Origin: Steroidobacteraceae bacterium
GTDB taxonomy: Bacteria; Pseudomonadota; Gammaproteobacteria; Steroidobacterales; Steroidobacteraceae
Direction of reading: 5' to 3'
Assembly (NCBI GenBank): GCA_032119515.1
Contig: JAUMBX010000228.1
Span: forward strand, 1 to 25,444
DNA: 25,444 bases
This document shows, piece after piece, positions 1-9,876 of the stretch (positions within the stretch are counted from its first letter, which is position 1; each line of letters opens with the position of its first letter). The notes beneath the pieces were generated by a model that saw only the letters and a list, made by a program, of their open reading frames with translations, searched no databases and was not told the DNA's origin. The position numbers were made by a program, and so were the translations under genes.

Positions 1-91
1 GGCTCAGGCGCGGGGCCTCCTCCAGCGGCGACTCGATGGCAACCTCGTAGACACGCGCCTTGAGGATGCGCTCCAGATACTCGGAATCCAT
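1..91 (-). CDS. ilvA: Threonine ammonia-lyase (biosynthetic threonine dehydratase), 5' end only, truncated by the window edge
   Basis: Not in the ORF track. Manual translation of the minus strand from ATG at 91 gives MDSEYLERILKARVYEVAIESPLEEAPRLS, matching the typical IlvA N-terminus (YLxxILxARVYxVAxExPL..APxLS). Only 30 codons are visible. Confidence 0.85.
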   Translation of the reverse strand, partial: MDSEYLERILKARVYEVAIESPLEEAPRLS

Positions 92-150
92 GCACCATTA
101 TCGTCGATCGCAACGCCTGCCGCTTGAGGCAGCAGGTTCAAAGCGGCAAG

Positions 151-1359
151 ATGCGCCCCTTGACCGCCCCCACCGGACGCCAACTGATCGTCGCTGCGGC
201 CGCCATCGGCGCCCTCGGCCCCTTCGGCATGCACACGCTGCTGCCGGCGCTGCCAGCCATTGCCACCGATTTCCAGGCGGCGCCAGCCACCATCCAGTGG
301 ACCATCAGCCTGTCACTGGTGGCCATCGCCCTCGGCAACCTGCTGGTCGCACCCCTCTCCGACCGCTACGGACGACGGCCGGTCACCCTCGCCGGCCTGG
401 TGCTGTATCTGCTCGGCAGCCTCGCCGGCAGCCTGGCCGACGGCGTCGTCACCCTGGTACTGGCCCGCTGCGTGCAGGCCTTCGGCGCCGGCGCCGCAAT
501 GGCGGTCGCCCGCGCTAGCCTCAGCGACTTTTTCGGCCTGGAGCGTTCGGCCAGCGCGCTGGCCACTACCGCCACCGTGGTCCTGCTGGTCCCCATGCTG
601 GCGCCGACGCTGGGGGGGTTCACCGTCGAATGGCTGGGCTGGCGCCACGTGTTCACCGCGGCCCTGGTCTGCGGCACCCTGGTGACGGCTTATACCCTGT
701 TGGGGACCCGCGAAACCCATGCCGCGGACCGCGGCGCCGGGGCGCCGCTGCGCAGCTTCTCCGGCTACCGGCAGCTGCTCGCCCATCGTGAGTACATCGG
801 CCAGGTGCTCTACGGCTCGGCCATGATGGGCTCGGTCACCGTCTTCGTCACCTCGGCGCCCTACGTGGCCATCGAGGTCTACGGCGTGAAGCCCTCGACC
901 TACGGGCTGCTGTTCATCCTGCCGGCGCTGGCGAGTTTCTCGGGCTTCTTCTTCACCTCGCGCATGGCGGGCCGGCTCGGCGCTGAGCGGATGATGCGGA
1001 TGGGCACCACACTCACCTGCCTCGGCGGGTTCGCCCTGCTCACGGGGCACCTCCTCGGCCTCGAGCACCCGCTCGCGATCATGGTTCCGGGCATGCTGGT
1101 TTGCGCGGCCAACGCCCTCTCTGCGCCGAATTCCACTGCCAGCGCCATCCGGGCGGCCCCCAACGTCGCCGGCGCCGCCTCCGGCCTGCTGGGCTTCACC
1201 CAGCTGCTGGTCGGCGCCATCGCGACCCAGCTGGTGGCGTTTGCGGCCCATGGCTCGGCCACGCCGCTGGTCGTGGCGATCGTCTGCCTGAACCTGGCAG
1301 CGGCGCTGCTGCTGCGAGCCAACAGCCGGCTGTCAGCCTCCGCGCGATCGCCTATCTGA
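151..1359 (+). CDS. Bcr/CflA family (DHA1) drug-resistance MFS transporter
   Basis: About 12 hydrophobic segments. Contains LPALPAIA near the N-terminus, MFS motif A (GNLLVAPLSDRYGRRPV), the LARCVQAFG motif B region and APTLGG motif C. Start placed at ATG 151; the ORF track's 124 is a TTG, and TTG 160 is another option. The stop overlaps the pbpC stop region convergently (1352-1359). Confidence 0.88.
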   Translation: MRPLTAPTGRQLIVAAAAIGALGPFGMHTLLPALPAIATDFQAAPATIQWTISLSLVAIALGNLLVAPLSDRYGRRPVTLAGLVLYLLGSLAGSLADGVVTLVLARCVQAFGAGAAMAVARASLSDFFGLERSASALATTATVVLLVPMLAPTLGGFTVEWLGWRHVFTAALVCGTLVTAYTLLGTRETHAADRGAGAPLRSFSGYRQLLAHREYIGQVLYGSAMMGSVTVFVTSAPYVAIEVYGVKPSTYGLLFILPALASFSGFFFTSRMAGRLGAERMMRMGTTLTCLGGFALLTGHLLGLEHPLAIMVPGMLVCAANALSAPNSTASAIRAAPNVAGAASGLLGFTQLLVGAIATQLVAFAAHGSATPLVVAIVCLNLAAALLLRANSRLSASARSPI

Positions 1360-3487
1360 CGAGTACCTCGACGGCATCATGGATGCGTCCGGATCGATCC
1401 TGCAGCGTCACCTGGTGCCGACCGCTCACCGGCCGCCAGGCCGCACCGTTCACCCGCCGCCCGTCGACGTGGAACTCAAGCCCATCCGTCGCGCCGTCGG
1501 CAATGAGTGGCAGGCGCTGGCGGCCTGCCGGAATGTCGGGATCCAAGGCGATCACCAGTCCGCGCGAGGGCATGACGATCCGTGCAGGGCGGGTCGTGGG
1601 GCCCGCGAGGCGCACCCGGTCGATCTCGGTACCGGCCAGGAAGAATTCACGTCGATCCGCCTCGATACCTCCATCGAAGCTGACCCGCTGCTCGACCAGC
1701 GCCGCCGGCATGGCGGGCGAGCTTGCCTCATCGCTCCCCTGCAGGAGGCGCATGATCTCGAACCAGGCCGGGGCGGCGCCGCTCACGCCGGAGACGTCCC
1801 GCATCGGGTCACCCTCGAAGTTGCCGACCCACACACCCACGGTGTAATCCCGGTTGAAACCGATACACCAGTTATCCCGCATTTCCACGCTGGTGCCAGT
1901 CTTTGCCGCTGCCCATCCAGGCGTGGCAAGCGGGCTGGCAAAGCCGAAGGTCGCAGCACGAGCGGTCCGGTCGGCGAGTATGTCGCCGATCAGCCAGGCG
2001 ACCGCGGGGTCGATGACCTGCTCGGACTCCCGGCCGTCGGCGCCTGCCAGCCAACGCAGCGGGCGATACCTTCCGGCATCGGCAAGCGCCCGATAGGCCG
2101 CGACCTGCTCGAGCAAGGTCACCTCGGGAGAACCCAGCGCCAGCGAGGTGCCATAGAAGTCCGGATCCGGTTCCAGCCCTGCGTAACCCAAGCGTCCCAG
2201 CAAGGCATGCAGGCGCGGCAGACCAACCAGCTCGACGGTCCTCACCGCCGGCACGTTCAGGCTGGAGGCAAGGGCGGTACGCAGGCTGACGTGGCCCCGA
2301 AACCGCCGGTCATAGTTCTGGGGCACGTACAGTCCGACGCCGGTATTGATGCCAGCAGGCGAATCATCGAGCAGGGATGCTGGCGTCAACACGCGCAGCT
2401 CCAGGGCCAGCGCGTACAGGAAGGGCTTCAGGGTAGACCCCGCCTGGCGGCGCGCCAGTACGCCATCCACCATGGCCGCGCTCGAGGCCGGACCGGCACT
2501 GCCAACCCAGGCGCGCACCTCGCCGGTCGCGTTGTCCACCACCAGCGCGGCGCCATCACGCACCGCATCGGCCCCGAGATCGGCAAGCTGGCCCGCAAGC
2601 ACCTCGTGCACCTTGCGCTGGAGCTCGGCATCCAGCGTGGTCTCCACTCGCTGCCCAGGCAGCTTGAGCACGCGCTGGGCAAGATGCGGCGTCAGTCCAC
2701 CCTCGGCCTGGATGGGCAACGCCTGGCGTAACGCCTGTGCACGACTCCGGAGTGCCGCGCAGTCCGGCCTTGAAACGCCGCTCTCCCTCATGGCAGCTTC
2801 ACAGGCCCGACGGGCCATGAGCTCGGGTTCGGCGTTGGGAGCCCGGAGGGAGGCTGCCAGCAGCCAGGACTCGGTATCATCCAGCGCCAGCGGCGCACGC
2901 CCGAACAGCCCCTCGGCAGCCGCTGCAATCCCCACCAACTCGCCCCTGAAGGGCACCACGTTGAGGTAGGCCTCGAGGATCTCGTCCTTGGTCCAGCGCA
3001 TCTCCAGTGCGGTCGCCGCGACGGCCTGTCGGAGCTTGGCAGACAGCGGCCGATGCCCGGCCACGGTATCGCTCAGCGCCGGATCGATGCGGGCCGCCAG
3101 CTGCATGGTCAGGGTGCTTGCACCACGCAGGCGGCCTTCACCCAGTGCGTCCCGCAGCGCCGCCGCCACCGCCAGCAGGTCGACGCCGTAGTGCCACCTG
3201 AAACGCCCGTCCTCACTCTGGATGACCGCCTCGACCAGCGCAGGCGAGACCTCCGCCAACGGGACCCACGGCAAACGTCGGGCACTCTCGTCGATTCGGC
3301 GAGACTGCAGGACGACGCCGTGCCGGTCGAGCAGCCAGGCCTCGGAAGGCTGATACGCCTGCCGAAACTGATGGGGGGTGGGCAGGCCGACCACGGCAGG
3401 CAGGCACAACCAGGCGAGTGCGAAGAGGGCAAGCCCAACGCATGAGGCGATCAGCGCAACGCGCCTGCGGCGCGGTGGGTTGACCAT
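1352..3487 (-). CDS. pbpC: Penicillin-binding protein 1C (bifunctional transglycosylase/transpeptidase)
   Basis: N-terminal basic stretch plus TM anchor. GT51 motifs SEDGRF, HYGVD, GASTLTMQ, KLRQ and EILEAYLN. Transpeptidase motifs STLK (SxxK), SLN (SxN) and KTG, then a PBP1C-type C-terminal extension. ATG at 3487 overlaps the A2M stop as TGATG, so the ORF-track start at 3625 is rejected. Lies directly downstream of A2M, as is canonical. Confidence 0.95.
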   Translation of the reverse strand: MVNPPRRRRVALIASCVGLALFALAWLCLPAVVGLPTPHQFRQAYQPSEAWLLDRHGVVLQSRRIDESARRLPWVPLAEVSPALVEAVIQSEDGRFRWHYGVDLLAVAAALRDALGEGRLRGASTLTMQLAARIDPALSDTVAGHRPLSAKLRQAVAATALEMRWTKDEILEAYLNVVPFRGELVGIAAAAEGLFGRAPLALDDTESWLLAASLRAPNAEPELMARRACEAAMRESGVSRPDCAALRSRAQALRQALPIQAEGGLTPHLAQRVLKLPGQRVETTLDAELQRKVHEVLAGQLADLGADAVRDGAALVVDNATGEVRAWVGSAGPASSAAMVDGVLARRQAGSTLKPFLYALALELRVLTPASLLDDSPAGINTGVGLYVPQNYDRRFRGHVSLRTALASSLNVPAVRTVELVGLPRLHALLGRLGYAGLEPDPDFYGTSLALGSPEVTLLEQVAAYRALADAGRYRPLRWLAGADGRESEQVIDPAVAWLIGDILADRTARAATFGFASPLATPGWAAAKTGTSVEMRDNWCIGFNRDYTVGVWVGNFEGDPMRDVSGVSGAAPAWFEIMRLLQGSDEASSPAMPAALVEQRVSFDGGIEADRREFFLAGTEIDRVRLAGPTTRPARIVMPSRGLVIALDPDIPAGRQRLPLIADGATDGLEFHVDGRRVNGAAWRPVSGRHQVTLQDRSGRIHDAVEVLVR

Positions 3488-6400
3488 CAAGGCGTAGTGC
3501 CCACCAGGAAAGTCGCATTCGGCAGCAGGCCGAAGCGGTCCGGCTCGTACATGGCCTCGACACGCGTGACAGGCATCCGGAACTGGCCGGCAGCATTGAG
3601 ACGCATGCTGTACTCCAGCTGCCACTTGCCCCTCGGCAGGTCCTCGAAATAGGCCCGGTAGGCGTCGCTCCTGCGCTCGACGAAAGTCGGCCAGGCCGTG
3701 GCGTGACCGGGTCCGGCGGGCTCGGGCGGCGGGGCCAGCCCCCGACGCAAGCCGCCACCGAGGACGGCCGCACCGGCGGGCAACGGATCATCCAGCACCA
3801 CCCAGGTCCCATCGGCCTGCGCCTCGAACTCGATGCGTACCTTCACGATGTCCCCGCGACTCCAGCGACCAGGATAGGCCTGGGTGACGGGAGTCATCAG
3901 CTTGCGGACCCGGTAGCCTGCCGCCATCGGCTTGATGACGGGCACGCTCGCCACGGAACGGATCACCGCATAAGGGGCGCCCTCGCCCTGATGGACGAGC
4001 GACACGTCCCGAGGCCCGTCCGCCCAGGGCAGGCGGAGGCTACCCACCTGTCCGCCAGCCCAGTCAAACCGGCTCCGGTCGCGCCCCATCGATACGCTGG
4101 TGGTGCCAGAGACCGCCATGGCTTCATGCGACTGCGCATAGGACTCGAAGGCGAGGACACCCCAGGCATTCGCCACTGTCGAGTCCCACGCACCGCGCTG
4201 CTGCCGACCCAGCGCACCTCGCGCCAGCCGGGCTGCATCGGCCTCGAAAGCAGGATCCGACGCCAGCAGGCCCAGGCTTCGCACCGCATCAAGATCGGCC
4301 GTGCCCAGCAGCCAGGGCAGCGCGGCCTGCTCCTCGCCGGCAAACCGCAGTTGCGTGCCGCCCAGGATCATGCGCGTGCGCAGCAGTTCGCGCAGACGCT
4401 CGAGGCGGGTGTCGCGGTCGGTGATCTGGGGGCTGTGCTTGAGGGTGGAGTAGAGATCCAGCAGGGCAGTGGTGGGCCAGGTCTCTGGTGTGCTGGGGAG
4501 CGTTGTCAGCCAGGCCTGCTCGAAGCGTCCGTGTCGGGCCAGGGCCTCCATGGCCCGCAGCCTGAGCAGCAACTGCGCACCCCCGAAACGTTGTCTGGGC
4601 ACACGCTGGCCCGCAGCCACTTCCTTGAGCGACCGGAGCACGGTATCGAGTACCGGCGCCGGTAACGACCAGCCTGCGGCATGGGACAGGGCAGCCAGGT
4701 AGGCAGAGAGTTCGATGCTGCCGCGAGGAAGGCCGGGGAAGTAGGCCAGCAGTCCGTCGGCGGCAAGGTGCGCGGGCAGACTCGCCGTCAGGCGGTCCCA
4801 GGCTGCCCGGTCGCGCAGGGCAACCGCGCGGGAAGAAGCCTGCTCGAGGCAGGTGAAGGGATACAGCCGCATGGCCTCCTTCACACCACCGAGGCCGGCC
4901 AGCAGGCTGGGGGAGAGGTCGACCTCGATGCCGCCCCGATCAGGCAGCGCTCCCTTGGGCGCGCCGACCTTCAGTTCTATCGGCCGATCAATCCGCTCGA
5001 GGGTCGCCTGCCAGGTCGTGGGCTCCCCGGCCCATGGCAACACTCGCGGTCGCACGGTGACCGCATCGCTCGCCGCACCCGCGCTGGCCTCGAAACTCAC
5101 CGCCAGGGAACCGGCATCCTCTGGCACTTGCAGAGGCACGCGGACCTCCCTGGACTCACCGGGCGCAAGACGCAACCCCTGGCTCATCGGCGTATCGACG
5201 GCTTTACTGTCGACCTTGGCACCCACCACCACCGTCGCCTCGATGGTCCCCGCTCCCGCGTTGCGAAGGACCGCCGTCGCCTCGACCCGATCACCCTGTC
5301 GCAGCAGCTGCGGCAAACCCGCGAACAGCATGAGGTCCCTGTGGGTGCGGATGCTCGCCTCGCCAGTGCCGAAATGCTGCGGACCGGCCTGGGCCACGGC
5401 TACCAGACGGAAGGCGGAGAGTGAGTCGTTGAGCGGCACCTCGACCCTGGCGCGGCCCCGGGCATCGAGCATGACGCGACCACGCCACGCCAGCAGCGGG
5501 TCGAAGAATTCCCTCATGACCAGGCTGCCACCGCCGCCGCCTGCAGGCAGCGCCTTGCGGCCGAAGTGTCGACGACCGATCACCCGACCCATCGAAGTGC
5601 TGGTCCGCACGGCCAGGGACCGCGGCTCAACCATGGACTCCAGCAGGTTCCAGCTCTCGTTGGGCTGAAGTTCAAGGACGGCCTCGTCGAGGGCCACGAA
5701 TGCCACCTCGGCCCCGGGAGGCAGCGCACCTCCGTCGGCGCGTCGCACCTCTATGTCGACCTCGGCGCGCCCACGTGGCGCAAACACCGTGCCGCGGGGC
5801 GTGACCTTGACCAGCAGCTCGTGGTGACGACGCCCCACCTGCACTTCGGCCACGCCCATCCGGAAGGTCGGCCGGGAGAGGTCGATACTGGCCGTCGGCC
5901 GGCTTGCCCCCCGCCCACCGAGCCGGCCACGAACGGCCAATACGCTGACGTACAGGTTGGGCGAAGAGCGCCGACTTACTGGAACCTCGATCACCGGTTC
6001 GCTCGCACTCAATGGCTGCACCCACGCGTCGAGCACGCCCTCCCGCTCGACGGTCACCAACGCCGTCGCAGATCGGAAGGGGATTTCGGCCCTGAAGCGA
6101 GCCGTCTCCCCCGACTCGTAGCGAGTCCGTTCTGCAATGAGGTCCATTCGGTCGCTGTCCTGGCCACCGTACCAGGCATCCTCGCCAGCAAGCCACAGCG
6201 TATCGGTCGCCATGGAAACACGGCCATCTGCATCCTCGACCCGCGCGACCAGCACCACGCTGTCATGGCCTGCCAGCTTCAGTTGACAGTCTGCCAGGCC
6301 GCGTTCATCGGTCCGGCGGCGACAGGCCTCGCCGATGCGCCGCGTCTCCACACCGCCGTCGTAGGCATAAAATCCACCGACCAGCCGTCGACGGTATGAG

Positions 6401-9141
6401 AAGTACTCCCTGGCGAACACGTCTACGACGACCTCCCGGCCGGCAATGGGCTGCCCGTCCGTTCCCAGCGTGACCAATTTCACTGCAAAGGGCTTGCCGC
6501 TGCGTGGCCAGGTTGGCGTATGGATGCCAACCAGCACGGAAGAGGGCCAGACGGGCACGGAACTGGTGGTCGTCAGGCGCTCGCCATTGGCGTCCGGGTA
6601 TTCCAGTTCCACGTGCAGGCGCCTGGCTCCAATGCCGGCCGGGGCGAGTGGCAGTGCAGTTCTCGCGCCGCCCACTGCGTCGAGCGAGAGCGACAGGCTG
6701 GATCCGATCTCTGTGCCGGCCTCCTCGTCCTCGCCTCGACGACGCACACCCTCGACCACCACATCGCCACCAAAGGCGAACGATTCGTAGCCCTCAAAGC
6801 CGGGCTCGAAGGCCTCGACACGGCTGCGGATCTCGACCGGCAGGCCAGCCGCGGCGCCGCCGGCCAGGAAGGTGACCGAGGCATCGACCGGCACCCGCGA
6901 CGGCGCCACCAGTGGAGCGCGCGGCAGTTGAACCACGGCCCGCAGGGTAGGCAGACGGAAATCCTCCACACGGAACTCGCCCGCTGGACGGGGCAGTCCG
7001 TCACTACCCTGCCTGATCGAGACCTGGTAGGTGCCGCGACGGGCATCGACCGGCACCTGCCACTCAGCCAGCGCGGTGCCGGAAGAGAATCTCACCGGCA
7101 TTTCCCAGGCCTGTCCGGAGGAGTGTTCGATCACCAGCGTGTCCGGGGCTTCTGCGGCACCAGGCAAGCTGAACTCGAAGTTGCGCCGCTGCCGCATCAG
7201 CAACTTCATGTGCAGCGTCTCGCCGGCACGCAGCAGGCTGCGATCAAAGACGGTGTGGATATTCAAGCCGTCAGGCTCGGCGTCATGCCAGCCGAGTCCG
7301 AAGTCCCAAGGCGAGATGCCATCGGTCCAGCTGGCCAGGGTGAACGACAGGTCGTCGCCCGAGCGCGCGGATACAAAGAAACCCTTCCACCAGCCGTCGC
7401 AGTTGGACCGTCCCACGTCTAGGGCCTTGCCGTCGATCCGGGCAATGCCCTGGTCATCGGTTCGGGCCATCGCCAGAACCGCGCCCTTGCAGTCACGCAC
7501 GGCGATGTCCGCGCCGGCCACTGGACGGCCGGTGTCCAACCGCGTGACCCAGACCAGGGAGTTTTCCTCACCCTGCTTGAAATGCACAGCCAGGTTGGTC
7601 ACCAGCGCTGAGGAGCGCACAAAATAGGTCTTGGGCTCACCGCTAAGCAGCTTGCCCAGCCGTGGGCTCGCGAGCTCAACCACATGCAGACCCGGCTCGG
7701 GCAGGGGGATGCCAACCACCTCGGCCACACCGGATGATTCAACCCGCGGTACGACGATCCGTCGTGCCGCCTTGCTACCCATGAGCAGCGGCCGATAAAC
7801 ATCACCGACGGAATCGAGGCTCTTGAGCCAGCCCATGATCTCGAGGTCGTCACGCACGGTCAGCACGCGCCCAGGCACGCCTCGCGCCTCCGCGACCCCC
7901 GATTCGACATCCCGCAGGGTAACCGGCAGCGCAGGCTGGGCGTAGCGTTCCAGCACGCCGAACTCCGCCGCAAACCGCGCCAGCGGCGGCAACTGATCCA
8001 TGGTGACCGCCTGGGGAAAGCGCGAACCATTGCTGAGCGCCCTGCCCGCGTCATCCCTGATCTCGCCGGGCAATTCCACGCGATAACTGACGCCCGGCTC
8101 GAACGGCCCTGCAAAACTGATTCGATCCAGCAACGGCACACTGCTGTTCCCCTCCGCTTCGAGGGGAGCCTGCAGAGCTCCTCCGGGTGTGCGCAGTCGC
8201 GTAGCCAGTGCCGCGACAGCGGGAACTGGGGCGGAAAACAGGACCCTCACCGGGGCAAGTGGCATGCAGGCGCTGCGGGATTGCACGCGAGCACATTCCA
8301 CACGCGCCGTGAAGTCCGGCCTCACCGTGAAATCGAAGTGCTGGGTAGACTCGCCCGCGGGTCCGGACAGGCCGCGGACGCCCGGACCCCAGACAAGGCG
8401 AACGCGGGCGGCCGCCGGCAGGTCGCGCAGGCATTCCAGTGCCACCACCCGGCTCTCCCGCAGCGGCTCACGCTCCGGCGGACCAAGCCGACTGAAGTCG
8501 CCCGCCCCGCCGGGCTCGTCGCCGTCCATCAAGGCAAGATAGGTCCAGCCCTGTAGGGCCAACTCAGCCAGTAGTTGATCGCGCCGGGCGGGGTCGACGA
8601 GTCGGACGGGCAGTGCCTCTGCAATGCCCTCCACCACGCAATTCACCGCATCGAGTGATGAAGGATCAAGTGCACCATCCAGTCGCAGCAGGAAAACTTG
8701 CGCCGAGTCGATCTGGCTGCCCGGCTCCGGCAGGACCCTGCGTATGGCCGGCGCACCGGAAACGAGGTCGAATCGCCGCGGACCGACCAGCTTGCGGCGG
8801 TCCGCCGACTTGAGCCTCGGGTCCAGCTCAAAATGGCAACTCAGCCCTGCCGGCAAGGGTTGCCTGAAGTCAAACACCCAGCTGCGCTCGTCGAGCCAGC
8901 GACCCTCCCCCGCGCCACAGTCCGTGGTTGCCGGACTCGCCGCGCGCGGGTCTCCGAAGGCCACCATCGGTACGGAGAAGGTAAGGCTGAACTGGGTGGC
9001 ACCACGGACGTCACCCCGGGGTGTATAGGTGTCGACCCTGGCAGGGGACGGGGACAGCGTCGCAAGGGCCCCGGCCATGATGAACGTTGCGACGAGGCAA
9101 ACCGCAGCCAAAGCGATGCGCCGTGGGCCAATCCGGGCCAT
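3487..9141 (-). CDS. Bacterial alpha-2-macroglobulin (MG2/YfhM family), 1884 aa, thioester-containing
   Basis: Thioester motif YPFTCLEQ. MG-domain signatures FDRSLLRAGET, FRVEDFRLP, NDSLSAFRLVAVA and DPLPAG. C-terminal ARVEAMY-like motif (TRVEAMYEP). Adjacent to pbpC. Start chosen at ATG 9141, which has GGAG 9 nt upstream; the alternative is TTG 9159. Confidence 0.95.
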   Translation of the reverse strand: MARIGPRRIALAAVCLVATFIMAGALATLSPSPARVDTYTPRGDVRGATQFSLTFSVPMVAFGDPRAASPATTDCGAGEGRWLDERSWVFDFRQPLPAGLSCHFELDPRLKSADRRKLVGPRRFDLVSGAPAIRRVLPEPGSQIDSAQVFLLRLDGALDPSSLDAVNCVVEGIAEALPVRLVDPARRDQLLAELALQGWTYLALMDGDEPGGAGDFSRLGPPEREPLRESRVVALECLRDLPAAARVRLVWGPGVRGLSGPAGESTQHFDFTVRPDFTARVECARVQSRSACMPLAPVRVLFSAPVPAVAALATRLRTPGGALQAPLEAEGNSSVPLLDRISFAGPFEPGVSYRVELPGEIRDDAGRALSNGSRFPQAVTMDQLPPLARFAAEFGVLERYAQPALPVTLRDVESGVAEARGVPGRVLTVRDDLEIMGWLKSLDSVGDVYRPLLMGSKAARRIVVPRVESSGVAEVVGIPLPEPGLHVVELASPRLGKLLSGEPKTYFVRSSALVTNLAVHFKQGEENSLVWVTRLDTGRPVAGADIAVRDCKGAVLAMARTDDQGIARIDGKALDVGRSNCDGWWKGFFVSARSGDDLSFTLASWTDGISPWDFGLGWHDAEPDGLNIHTVFDRSLLRAGETLHMKLLMRQRRNFEFSLPGAAEAPDTLVIEHSSGQAWEMPVRFSSGTALAEWQVPVDARRGTYQVSIRQGSDGLPRPAGEFRVEDFRLPTLRAVVQLPRAPLVAPSRVPVDASVTFLAGGAAAGLPVEIRSRVEAFEPGFEGYESFAFGGDVVVEGVRRRGEDEEAGTEIGSSLSLSLDAVGGARTALPLAPAGIGARRLHVELEYPDANGERLTTTSSVPVWPSSVLVGIHTPTWPRSGKPFAVKLVTLGTDGQPIAGREVVVDVFAREYFSYRRRLVGGFYAYDGGVETRRIGEACRRRTDERGLADCQLKLAGHDSVVLVARVEDADGRVSMATDTLWLAGEDAWYGGQDSDRMDLIAERTRYESGETARFRAEIPFRSATALVTVEREGVLDAWVQPLSASEPVIEVPVSRRSSPNLYVSVLAVRGRLGGRGASRPTASIDLSRPTFRMGVAEVQVGRRHHELLVKVTPRGTVFAPRGRAEVDIEVRRADGGALPPGAEVAFVALDEAVLELQPNESWNLLESMVEPRSLAVRTSTSMGRVIGRRHFGRKALPAGGGGGSLVMREFFDPLLAWRGRVMLDARGRARVEVPLNDSLSAFRLVAVAQAGPQHFGTGEASIRTHRDLMLFAGLPQLLRQGDRVEATAVLRNAGAGTIEATVVVGAKVDSKAVDTPMSQGLRLAPGESREVRVPLQVPEDAGSLAVSFEASAGAASDAVTVRPRVLPWAGEPTTWQATLERIDRPIELKVGAPKGALPDRGGIEVDLSPSLLAGLGGVKEAMRLYPFTCLEQASSRAVALRDRAAWDRLTASLPAHLAADGLLAYFPGLPRGSIELSAYLAALSHAAGWSLPAPVLDTVLRSLKEVAAGQRVPRQRFGGAQLLLRLRAMEALARHGRFEQAWLTTLPSTPETWPTTALLDLYSTLKHSPQITDRDTRLERLRELLRTRMILGGTQLRFAGEEQAALPWLLGTADLDAVRSLGLLASDPAFEADAARLARGALGRQQRGAWDSTVANAWGVLAFESYAQSHEAMAVSGTTSVSMGRDRSRFDWAGGQVGSLRLPWADGPRDVSLVHQGEGAPYAVIRSVASVPVIKPMAAGYRVRKLMTPVTQAYPGRWSRGDIVKVRIEFEAQADGTWVVLDDPLPAGAAVLGGGLRRGLAPPPEPAGPGHATAWPTFVERRSDAYRAYFEDLPRGKWQLEYSMRLNAAGQFRMPVTRVEAMYEPDRFGLLPNATFLVGTTP

Positions 9142-9209
9142 TGCCTTGGACTCCGGCAAGCTGTGAGGAGTACAAGGCTACCAGCAAAGCGCCACTGACG
9201 CGGCGGGAT

Positions 9210-9803
9210 CTAGGGGCTGACGGCCTCGAAGCGCAGCTGCACCTGGCCGAGCTGGATGATGTCGCCGTGGCTGAGCACCGCGCGGTGCGCACGGCGCTCG
9301 TTGACGATGAGCCCGTTGCGACTGCCGGCATCCTCGATGCAGACGCCCTCGGGTGCCATCACCACGCGCGCGTGCCGACGGCTGACCGAGGCATGCTGGA
9401 TGGGGAGGTCGTTGTCCGGAGTGCGTCCGATGGTGAGGTCGGCACCGCACAACTCGATGCGATCGCGCCCCTCGTCGTCCACGCGCACCAGGGCGGGACG
9501 GAACACCGGGGGCGGCAAGGACTGGGTGCGCGCCTGCTCGACGGCCTCCGGCCCCCCCGCATCGCGCAGCTCGTCGCGCTCGCGGGTCAGCTGCTCCACC
9601 GCTTCACGCGCCTCGGCAAGCGATTCCTGGAGCGCAGCGTTGATCCCGGCCTGCTCCCGCAGGCGCTCCTCGAGTGCTTCCAACTCGGACTCGAGTTCGC
9701 GGACGCGCGACTCCAGCGCGGCCGGCTCATCCAGCGCCAGCTCCGGCAGTCGCTCGGTGCGATCCGGGTCATCGACCCAGTTTTGGAGGGTTTCTTCGTC
9801 CAT
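9210..9803 (-). CDS. Coiled-coil plus C-terminal FHA domain protein (197 aa)
   Basis: Heptad-like charged helix (LESRVRELESELEALEERLREQ...), a Pro-rich linker, then an FHA domain with conserved IGR, SRRH and SRNG motifs. Start at ATG 9803 is assumed. Confidence 0.88.
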   Translation of the reverse strand: MDEETLQNWVDDPDRTERLPELALDEPAALESRVRELESELEALEERLREQAGINAALQESLAEAREAVEQLTRERDELRDAGGPEAVEQARTQSLPPPVFRPALVRVDDEGRDRIELCGADLTIGRTPDNDLPIQHASVSRRHARVVMAPEGVCIEDAGSRNGLIVNERRAHRAVLSHGDIIQLGQVQLRFEAVSP

Positions 9804-9876
9804 GGCTGGCCCGAGTATCAACCGCCGGCGACGGGCAATTCTTCCCAGCGGTTCTCATTTTGAGCCCCTGGCGGGC

